From: Deltaproteobacteria bacterium
GTDB taxonomy: Bacteria > Desulfobacterota > Syntrophia > Syntrophales > Smithellaceae
Direction: 5' to 3'
Assembly (NCBI GenBank): GCA_012729055.1
Contig: JAAYDW010000011.1
Span: 4,402 to 68,401, forward strand
DNA length: 64,000 nt
Positions 56,286 through 64,000 of the stretch are shown here, piece after piece (positions within the stretch are counted from its first letter, which is position 1; every line of letters starts with the position of its first letter). The notes under the pieces were generated by a model, which was not told the DNA's origin, did no database searches, and worked only from the letters and a program-made list of their open reading frames with translations. The position numbers were made by a program, and so were the translations under genes.

Positions 56286-58802
56286 ATGGGTTCAAACCCG
56301 CAACATAATCGCATCCAGGCTGTCATTGACGCACTCGAGAGAATCCGGGAGGATTTTCCTTCCGACGCCCGAACGCGTTCTTTCGCCCCGGACGACCTCG
56401 ATCTCCTGTCCCAGGCCGTCAACCGGCTGGCCCGGCGGGCCGGCTGTGTCTCCCCTCCGCCGGGAAACGGCGTGGAAGCGCGCCTGCAGAAGGTTCTCCA
56501 CCGGATGCAGGAATCTTATTTCGAGGCGGACCTCAAGGGCAACATTCAATTTTTCAACGACCGGTTGCCGGCAAAACTGGGATACGACGCCTCGGAAATC
56601 CGCGGCATGAATTTCCGCGACCTGGTGGACGAACGCAACCGAAAGATCGTCTACGAGACCTTTCACTCGCTCTTTCTCACGGGCGCCCCCGTCCGGAATT
56701 TTGAATGGCAGCTTCTTCGAAAAGACGGGCAAAGCATGGACGTTGAATCGTCGGTCGATCTGCTGTGCGACGAAAAAGGCCGACCGACCGGCTTTTGCGG
56801 CGTCACCCGCGACATCACCCCGCGCAAGACGGTGGAAAAAGAACTCGGCGCCAGCGAAGAACGCTACCGGCACATTCTCGACAGCATTGAGGAGTCGTAT
56901 TTTGAAGTGGATCTCCATGGCAATCTGCTGTTTTTCAACGACACGGTGCTGCGCGACCTGAACTACACACCCGCTGAAATCCGCAACGTCAACTTCCGCC
57001 GTCTGGTGGACGACGCCAATGCCGCAAAGGTTTTCGCGGCGTTTCATCAGGTCTACGTCACCGGCAAACCCGTCAAGGGATTCGACTGGGTCATTCAGAG
57101 AAAAGACGGCAGCGGCATCGAAGTTGAATCTTCCGCGGCCCTGATCCGTGACGAGGTCGGGCGGCCGCGCGGCTTTCGGGGCATCGTGCGCGACATCAGC
57201 CAGCGCAAGACCATGGAGGAAGCGCTCCGGCAAAGCGAAGAACGCTACCGGATGATCGTGGAAAACATGCAGGACACGATCTCAGTGATCGATATCAACA
57301 CGCTTTCGTACCTTTACCAGAGCCCCTCGGAAATCCGCGTCACGGGATACACGCCGGAAGAAATCATGCAGATTCCGCTCGAGCGGCAGGTTACGCCGGA
57401 GTCGTACGCCCGCGCGGTCGCCATCCTCGCCGAAGAACTGCAGCGGGAGTCGGACGGCAACTCGGTCGATCCGCACCGGTCGCGCGTATTCGAAATGGAA
57501 GTGTACCATAAAAACGGCTCCACGGTCTGGCTGGAGGTAACCGCCAGCTTCCAGCGCGACAAGACCGGCAAACCGGTCGGCATCCTGATGGCCGGCAAAA
57601 ACATCGCCGAACGGAAAAAGGCGGAGGCGGAGCGGGAGAAACTGGAACGCCAGCTCCTGCAATCCCAGAAGCTGGAGACCATCGGACGGCTGGCCGGCGG
57701 CGTGGCGCACGATTTCAACAACATGCTCAACGTGATTCTGGGCTACGTGGACCTCATCAAACTCAAGCTCAAAACGCGCCGCACCGTGCTTCACGATATC
57801 CAGGAAATCGAAAAAGCCGCCTGCCGCTCACGCGACCTGACCGCACAGCTTCTGGCCTTTTCCCGCAAGCAGATGATTCAGCCGCAAATCGTCAACCTCA
57901 ACCGCCTGATCGGGGACATGGAAAAGACGATCCGCCGGCTCATCGGCGAAGACATCGCGCTCCATTTCTTTCCGGACGCCGGCCTCTGGCCGGTGAAAGT
58001 CGATCCGACGCAGGTCGAGCAGATCCTCATCAATCTTTCGGTGAACGCGCGCGACGCGATGACGCCGGGAGGAAAGCTGACGCTGGAAACCTCCAACATC
58101 GTGATCGACCGGACTTACAGCCTCCCGCATCCGGATTCATCCCCCGGCCCCTATGTCCGGCTCGAGGTCAGCGATACGGGCGCCGGCATCGCCCCCGGGG
58201 ATCTTCCCCTGATTTTCGAACCGTTCTTCACGACCAAGGAAATCGGAAAAGGAACGGGGCTGGGGCTTTCCACCGTTTACGGCATCGTGAAACAAAACAA
58301 CGGATTCATCACTGTTTACAGCGAACCCGCCCGGGGCAGCGTTTTTAAAGTTTACCTGCCCCGCTGCCTCGACGAGGCGCCGGGCAAGGAAAGCGCCGCC
58401 AAGACGGACGCGCCCGCCGGCTCCGGAACCATCCTGCTGGTCGAAGACGACGCCATGCTGCTGAAGATGATTTCAGAAATGCTGGAGACCATGGGCTACG
58501 ACGTAATCCGGTCGCAAAATCCACACGAGCTCCTCTCCCGGGTCGAAAAGAAAATCGGCTCCATCGACCTGGCGATCACCGACGTGGTCATGCCGGGGCT
58601 TTCCGGCCGCGAACTGCGCGACAGGCTGCTGGCCGAGAATCCGAACCTGAAGGTGCTGTTCATGTCCGGCTATACCGCCAACATCATTGCCCTGCACGGC
58701 ATTCTGGAAGACGGCGTGCAGTTTATTCAGAAACCTTTTACCATGAGCGATCTGGCCGCCAAGGTGAGCGAGCTGATCCCGCAGACAAAGCAATACCGGT
58801 GA
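56286..58802 (+). CDS. Hybrid histidine kinase (3 PAS + HisKA + HATPase + receiver)
   Basis: AGGVAHDFNN, NARDAM, FEPFFTTK..GKGTGLGL, LLVEDD, TDVVMP, FIQKPF. Confidence 0.95.
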   Translation: MGSNPQHNRIQAVIDALERIREDFPSDARTRSFAPDDLDLLSQAVNRLARRAGCVSPPPGNGVEARLQKVLHRMQESYFEADLKGNIQFFNDRLPAKLGYDASEIRGMNFRDLVDERNRKIVYETFHSLFLTGAPVRNFEWQLLRKDGQSMDVESSVDLLCDEKGRPTGFCGVTRDITPRKTVEKELGASEERYRHILDSIEESYFEVDLHGNLLFFNDTVLRDLNYTPAEIRNVNFRRLVDDANAAKVFAAFHQVYVTGKPVKGFDWVIQRKDGSGIEVESSAALIRDEVGRPRGFRGIVRDISQRKTMEEALRQSEERYRMIVENMQDTISVIDINTLSYLYQSPSEIRVTGYTPEEIMQIPLERQVTPESYARAVAILAEELQRESDGNSVDPHRSRVFEMEVYHKNGSTVWLEVTASFQRDKTGKPVGILMAGKNIAERKKAEAEREKLERQLLQSQKLETIGRLAGGVAHDFNNMLNVILGYVDLIKLKLKTRRTVLHDIQEIEKAACRSRDLTAQLLAFSRKQMIQPQIVNLNRLIGDMEKTIRRLIGEDIALHFFPDAGLWPVKVDPTQVEQILINLSVNARDAMTPGGKLTLETSNIVIDRTYSLPHPDSSPGPYVRLEVSDTGAGIAPGDLPLIFEPFFTTKEIGKGTGLGLSTVYGIVKQNNGFITVYSEPARGSVFKVYLPRCLDEAPGKESAAKTDAPAGSGTILLVEDDAMLLKMISEMLETMGYDVIRSQNPHELLSRVEKKIGSIDLAITDVVMPGLSGRELRDRLLAENPNLKVLFMSGYTANIIALHGILEDGVQFIQKPFTMSDLAAKVSELIPQTKQYR

Positions 58803-58879
58803 GCATTTATTGACGCCGGCCCGGATAAACCATCGGACGGTCCATAACCTTGAAACCCCATATCCGTTCCTGGAGTCTT

Positions 58880-61396
58880 ATGGAATTTGAAAACCTGGCA
58901 ACCGCTTACATGACGCTGTGCCGGCGTCACCAAGACAGAATTTTATTTCGCAACGAACAGATCACTTTCGGCCGGGCCTGGGAAAAAGCCGCCGCAAAGG
59001 CGCTTTCCCTGAAGCGCCGGGGCATTCAAAAAGGCGACGTCGTCATCCTGCTCGCGGGCAATTCCGTCGACTGGTGCTGCGCCTTCATGGCTATCACGGC
59101 CATCGGCGCCGCGGCGCTGCCGCTCGATACCAACCTCCCGGCCGCCCAGTACCGGGCAATGGCGCAAAGCGCGGGCGCGAAGGCGGCTTTCGTTTCCGGC
59201 CCCTTCCAAAACATTTTTCCGGATCTGGAGGTTTTCGCCGTGGAAGACGATCCGTCCGGCGAAGCGGACAGCGCCTGGCCGGACGCTTCTCTCGGCCCGG
59301 ACGACATCGCGGCCCTGCTTTTTACCTCGGGAACGACGGGCCAACCCAAAATCGTCGCGCTCACACACCGCAACATCCTGTCCGTCGCGCTCACCTGCAC
59401 CCGGCTCGAAGAATACACACCCGACGACGTGACGCTGGCCATGCTGCCCCTGTACCACGTCTATGCGTTCGAATCGACGTTCATGGCGCCGCTCGTCACG
59501 GGCAGTTCCCTGGTCTTTCAGAATTCGCTCAAGGGTCCGGACATCATCAGGGCGCTCGCCGACAATCCCATCACCATCTTTCCGGCGGCGCCCCAGATGT
59601 GGGAATTGTTCTTCGACGCGCTGGCGGCCAAGCTTCGGGCGCAGTCGAAAGCCAAGCACCGCCTGTTCATGTTTTTTCTTGCGGCCGCCCCCGCGCTTAC
59701 GGCCGTCGGGCTGGGATTTCTTCCCCGGAAGATTTTCACGCCCGTGCATGATGTCTTCGGCCGGAAGATGCGCTTTTTCATCAGCGGCGGCGCGCCCCTC
59801 AAAAAGGAATATTTCACCTACTACCGGACCATGGGTTTTTACATCATGGAAGGCTACGGGCTTACCGAAACGACCGGCCCCATCGCCATTCCGTATTTTA
59901 AAGACGCAGCGGCCGGCTCGGTCGGCCCGCCCATCGCCGGCAACGCCGTTAAAATCAAAAACGCGGGCCCGGACGGCATCGGCGAAATCTGGCTGCAGGG
60001 CGACGCGGTCATGGCCGGCTACTACCGCAACGACCAGGCCAACCGCGAAGCGTTTGACGACGAGCGCTTCTTCAACACGCAGGACCTGGGCTACCTCGAC
60101 GCGCGGGGACACATTCACATCACGGGACGCCTGAAGAATGTAATCGTTCTGGATTCGGGGAAAAACGTTTATCCGGAGGAACTGGAACTCTATTTCCGCA
60201 AATCGCCGCTCATTGCCGAAATCGCCGTCTTCGGCCGGAAAATCGACGGCCGCGAAACCGTTTACGCCGTGATCGTTCCTTCCGTCAAGGGCGCGGACGC
60301 GTACCGGCGCATCCGTGAGGAAATCGCCTCGCTCAACAAAGAGCTTCCCGCGTACAAAACGATCGGCCGGTTTGCGCTTTCCGCGGACCCGCTGCCGCGC
60401 AACTCCACGCGCAAAGTGCTGATCGACGAGGTGATCCGCCTTCTCGAGGCGGGCGTTTATCAGACCGACGCGGCCGGCGCCCCGGTTCCCCGCAACATTC
60501 TTGCCGGGGCCGACGCCCGCGAAAATCAAATCATCGGCGTTCTGTCCGACAAGCTCGGCGCGGATGTTCTTTACGCCAACGAAACGCTGGCGGATCACCG
60601 GATGGATTCGCTGGGGCTGGTCGAACTGGTCGTGTATCTGGAGGACAACCTCAATCTGTCCGTCGACATGGATCAGATAAATCCGCTTATGACCTTCGAG
60701 GAACTGGTCCGCTGCCTGGCCTCCTGCGGAGAGCGGACCGGCGCCACCCTCGACGACCTGATTCTGCACAGTCCCGTAACGACCCGGACCGCCGCCTTTT
60801 TCAACCCTTTAAACGAACTCTTCTTGCTGTTCATCCGCGCCGTCTCCGTTGTGTTCTGGCGCTTGCGCGTCTTGCACCGGGAGCGCCTGCTCACCGACAA
60901 TGTCATCATCGTCGCCAATCACCAGTCGCTTCTGGACACGCCGACGATGATGAACCTGATCCCCTTTGCCGAGCGCCGGCGGTTTTATCTCATCGGGAAA
61001 AAGGAGGTCGCCCTGCTGGGCTGGTTCTTCGCCGGGGCGCCGGTTCTTTTCGTGGACCGGACCGGCAACGTCGCGCCGGCGCTCAAAGCGGCCGCCGACG
61101 TTCTGCGCAGCGGCCGGTCGCTCATCATCTTCCCGGAAGGCACGCGGACGCGCGACGGCGCTCTGGGCCGGTTCAAGTCCGGCGCGGCCTATCTCGCCCG
61201 GCATTTGAACAAGAAAATTATCCCCGTGACCATTCGGGGCGCTTTTGATATCATGCCGCCGGGAAAAGCCCTGCCCCGGTTCACGGGCGGCCGCGAGATG
61301 GAGCTGGTCGTCGGCGCCCCCGTCGATCCGAAGGATTTTGCATCAATTGAAGCGCTGACGGAGCATCTGCGAAACGTCATTGCCGGCCAAACCTAA
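58880..61396 (+). CDS. Fusion of AMP-binding acyl synthetase, acyl carrier domain and PlsC acyltransferase
   Basis: FTSGTTGQPK, EGYGLTE, TQDLG, GKNVYPEE; MDSLGLVEL carrier Ser motif; NHQSLLD, FPEGTRT. Confidence 0.9.
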   Translation: MEFENLATAYMTLCRRHQDRILFRNEQITFGRAWEKAAAKALSLKRRGIQKGDVVILLAGNSVDWCCAFMAITAIGAAALPLDTNLPAAQYRAMAQSAGAKAAFVSGPFQNIFPDLEVFAVEDDPSGEADSAWPDASLGPDDIAALLFTSGTTGQPKIVALTHRNILSVALTCTRLEEYTPDDVTLAMLPLYHVYAFESTFMAPLVTGSSLVFQNSLKGPDIIRALADNPITIFPAAPQMWELFFDALAAKLRAQSKAKHRLFMFFLAAAPALTAVGLGFLPRKIFTPVHDVFGRKMRFFISGGAPLKKEYFTYYRTMGFYIMEGYGLTETTGPIAIPYFKDAAAGSVGPPIAGNAVKIKNAGPDGIGEIWLQGDAVMAGYYRNDQANREAFDDERFFNTQDLGYLDARGHIHITGRLKNVIVLDSGKNVYPEELELYFRKSPLIAEIAVFGRKIDGRETVYAVIVPSVKGADAYRRIREEIASLNKELPAYKTIGRFALSADPLPRNSTRKVLIDEVIRLLEAGVYQTDAAGAPVPRNILAGADARENQIIGVLSDKLGADVLYANETLADHRMDSLGLVELVVYLEDNLNLSVDMDQINPLMTFEELVRCLASCGERTGATLDDLILHSPVTTRTAAFFNPLNELFLLFIRAVSVVFWRLRVLHRERLLTDNVIIVANHQSLLDTPTMMNLIPFAERRRFYLIGKKEVALLGWFFAGAPVLFVDRTGNVAPALKAAADVLRSGRSLIIFPEGTRTRDGALGRFKSGAAYLARHLNKKIIPVTIRGAFDIMPPGKALPRFTGGREMELVVGAPVDPKDFASIEALTEHLRNVIAGQT

Positions 61397-61477
61397 CGGA
61401 TCTCTCCTCCCGGAGATGTCCGCGGAATATCGAACGGCACATGTGTCGGAGCATCCGATCAGAAAGGAGAATTCGTC

Positions 61478-62659
61478 ATGAAGGAAATCGTCATTGTGGA
61501 AGGCGTCCGTACGGCCATCGGGCGCGCGGGCGGGACCATTGCGCGTTTCCGCCCGGAGGAGCTGGGCGCATTCGCCATCCGGGGGCTGGTGGATAAGACC
61601 GGAATCGATCCCAATCTGATCGAGGACGTGGTGATGGGGCTTTCCAACTCCTGGCATGCGGCCTACAATCCGGCGCGCTGGGCCGTTCTCAAGGCGGGCC
61701 TGCCCTACAGCGTCCCCGGTGTAACCGTGGAGCGCCAGTGTTCGTCGGGACTGCAGGCCATCAACTTTGCCGCCACCCAGATTATGGCGGGCCTGGGCGA
61801 CATATACATCGCCGGCGGCATGGAAAGCTGGAGCCAAACCCCGTGGATGCTGCCGCGCGCCGACGCGGCCTATTCGTTCACGCCGCCGCAGATTCTGAGA
61901 CGCGAAACCGCGCCCTATCCGGAAGACCAGCTGGTCATGGGCGTCACGGCGGAAAATCTCGTCAAACGTTATAAATTAACCCGCGAAGAACAGGACCGCT
62001 TCGGCCTGAGAAGCCAGGAGCGGGCCCAGCGCGCCATTGCCGCCGGCTACTTCAAGGATGAAATCATTCCGGTGAAAGTACCCACGAAAAAAGGAGACGT
62101 AATTTTCGACAAGGACGAACATCCGCGGGAAACCACGCTGGAAAAGCTCGCCGCGTTGCCGCCCGCCTTCCAGAAAGACGGCACCGTCACGGCCGGATCG
62201 TCCTCCGGGCGCAACGACGCGGCGGCGGCGGTGCTCGTGATGACGCTGGAAAAGGCCAAGGAACTGGGCTACACGCCGAAAGCCCGCTGGGTCACCTGCG
62301 GCGTGGCCGGCGTCGATCCCAAGATCATGGGCATCGGCCCCGCCTTCGCCATGCCCAAGGCGCTGGCGCGCGCGGGACTTGCGCTGAAGGACATGGACGT
62401 CGTCGAGATCAACGAAGCCTTTGCCGCGCAGGTGCTCGCGTGTGTCAGGGAACTGGAAACGCAGGGCCAGACGTTCGACGGCGACAGGCTCAATCCTTAC
62501 GGCGGCGCAATCGCCTTCGGCCACCCCAACGGCATGAGCGGCACGCGCATCGCCATGTTCGCCATCAGCGAACTGCAGCGCTCGGGCGGCCGCTACGCCA
62601 TCTGCTCGCTGTGCATCGGCGGCGGTCAGGGTCTGGCAACCATCTTCGAGAGGATGTAG
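61478..62659 (+). CDS. Thiolase (acetyl-CoA C-acyltransferase)
   Basis: RQCSSG, NEAFAAQ, GGAIAFGHP, CIGGGQG. Confidence 0.96.
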   Translation: MKEIVIVEGVRTAIGRAGGTIARFRPEELGAFAIRGLVDKTGIDPNLIEDVVMGLSNSWHAAYNPARWAVLKAGLPYSVPGVTVERQCSSGLQAINFAATQIMAGLGDIYIAGGMESWSQTPWMLPRADAAYSFTPPQILRRETAPYPEDQLVMGVTAENLVKRYKLTREEQDRFGLRSQERAQRAIAAGYFKDEIIPVKVPTKKGDVIFDKDEHPRETTLEKLAALPPAFQKDGTVTAGSSSGRNDAAAAVLVMTLEKAKELGYTPKARWVTCGVAGVDPKIMGIGPAFAMPKALARAGLALKDMDVVEINEAFAAQVLACVRELETQGQTFDGDRLNPYGGAIAFGHPNGMSGTRIAMFAISELQRSGGRYAICSLCIGGGQGLATIFERM

Positions 62660-62661
62660 CC

Positions 62662-63537
62662 ATGCGTATCGATCCCGCGGACATCAAGATTCGAGGCGGA
62701 GAACTGACCCGCCCTGAGGGCGTCATGGCCAGGGACGACGGCAGTATCGTTGCCGCCGACGCCTACGGCCGCTGTGCGCGCATCGACCCGGACGGCCGGA
62801 CGACGTTCTTTGGAAATCTGGGCGGCCTGCCCAACGGCATCTGCCTGGACAAGGAAGGCAACACGATCGTCGCCAATCTCGGCAACGGCGAGGTGCAACG
62901 GGTCGCGCCGTCGGGCGCACATGCCGTCGTGATGACCCACGCCGAGGGCAAGCGCATGTTCACGCCCAACTTTCCGTTTCTCGATTTTGCCGGCCGGCTC
63001 TGGGTGTCGAACTCCACGGATGATCCGGACGTGGACGCCTCTTTACGCGCGCCGATTCCCGACGGGTCGCTCGTCATGATCCCCCGGGACCGGCCGCCGC
63101 GGATCGTGGCAAAAGGCATCTGCTTTGCCAACGGCGTCGCGCTCGACGCGGCGGAAGAATACGTCTATGTCGCGGAAACCATGCAGCGCCGGGTTTTGCG
63201 CTACCGGATCGGCGAAGACGACTCTGTCGGGCCGGCCGAAGTTTACGGACCGGCGGCGCTGGGCCGAATCGGTTTCCCCGACGGCATCGCCTTCGACGAG
63301 GCCGGCAATCTCTGGGTAACCTTTCCGGCGGCGAACGCCGTCGGCTTTATTGATCCCGCGGGCCGGCTGGAAATCGTTCTGGAAGACCCGCAGGGCCGGG
63401 CGCTTCGCCGGCCCGCCAACATCTGCTTCGGCGGTCCGGACCGCCGGACGGCTTTTATCGGTTCGCTTGGCGGCGCCGGCGTTCCGTATTTTGAAGTGCC
63501 GCATCCGGGCCAGCGGCTGGTGCATCAGAAGAAATAA
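62662..63537 (+). CDS. SMP-30/gluconolactonase family protein
   Basis: PEG, PNG, FANG, PDGIAFD..GNLWV, NICFGG. Confidence 0.9.
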   Translation: MRIDPADIKIRGGELTRPEGVMARDDGSIVAADAYGRCARIDPDGRTTFFGNLGGLPNGICLDKEGNTIVANLGNGEVQRVAPSGAHAVVMTHAEGKRMFTPNFPFLDFAGRLWVSNSTDDPDVDASLRAPIPDGSLVMIPRDRPPRIVAKGICFANGVALDAAEEYVYVAETMQRRVLRYRIGEDDSVGPAEVYGPAALGRIGFPDGIAFDEAGNLWVTFPAANAVGFIDPAGRLEIVLEDPQGRALRRPANICFGGPDRRTAFIGSLGGAGVPYFEVPHPGQRLVHQKK

Positions 63538-63539
63538 AA

Positions 63540-63569
63540 TGCAGGGAACGGTCGCGACCGTTCCCTGCA
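63540..63569. repeat. Perfect 30-bp REP-like palindrome TGCAGGGAACGGTCGCGACCGTTCCCTGCA
   Basis: Read directly from the sequence. Confidence 0.9.
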
Positions 63570-63630
63570 AATGAAAACTAACCGACGGACAACGGGTTTA
63601 CCGTTGTTCATTAACGAAAGGAGAAAAAAG

Positions 63631-64000
63631 ATGGAATACAAAAACATTATTGTCACCACGCAGGATTTTGTCACGACGATCGTTCTCAACCGTCCGCCCA
63701 TGAATTCGGTCAACCTGGGCATCCGCGAGGAATTTTTCGATGCCGTCACGGCCATTGAAAAAAGCAAGGAAACGCGCGCCGTCATCATCACGGGCGCGGG
63801 CGAGAAGGGATTTTCCGCCGGCATGGACGTCTCCGACATCGCCAACATCGCCAAGGGCCCCAACGGCAATGAAATCATGAACGCCATCTCTCGCTCCACC
63901 AAACCCTACATCGCGGCCATCAACGGCCATGCCCTGGGCGGCGGCTGCGAAACGGCGATCGCCTGCCACTTCCGCATCATGACGGACAACCCCAAGGCGC
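63631..64000 (+). CDS. Enoyl-CoA hydratase family protein, N-terminal part (runs off the window)
   Basis: MEYKNIIV...LNRPPMN, ITGAGEKGFSAGMD, KPYIAAINGHALGGGCE; AGGAG RBS. Confidence 0.9.
   Translation, partial: MEYKNIIVTTQDFVTTIVLNRPPMNSVNLGIREEFFDAVTAIEKSKETRAVIITGAGEKGFSAGMDVSDIANIAKGPNGNEIMNAISRSTKPYIAAINGHALGGGCETAIACHFRIMTDNPKA

Overview
The window is bacterial chromosomal DNA. Its gene content (beta-oxidation enzymes, phenylacetate-CoA ligase, Na+-decarboxylase subunits, hgcAB) suggests an anaerobic Desulfobacterota/Syntrophales-like organism; this is an inference. Bases 1-12700 are an AT-richer type I restriction-modification locus (hsdM end, hsdS, hsdR, M48 peptidase). Three cargo genes sit between hsdS and hsdR: an REase-TPR-GreA/B-PIN protein, a Fic protein and an AlbA_2/HATPase protein. 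The last two lie between nested duplicated 5' gene ends that keep ATGA stop/start coupling. The rest is GC-rich metabolic and regulatory DNA. Main observations: (i) a promoter/operator-led four-gene operon of a MinD/ParA ATPase, a kinase-less ECF-S/HAMP sensor, a Zn dehydrogenase and a divergent AhcY-like protein; (ii) a mercury-methylation hgcAB pair behind a probably leaderless Cys-rich MarR gene with a palindrome over its -10 box; (iii) a stand-alone paralog of a protease propeptide; (iv) a palindromic mini-element inserted in frame in hsdR; (v) an OadB with an inserted biotinyl/lipoyl-like domain and a GGAEGPT motif; (vi) a 1412-aa PPDK-like protein lacking the pyruvate-binding domain. I recognised no rRNA, tRNA or CRISPR array. 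All family calls come from motif recognition by eye, not from database searches.
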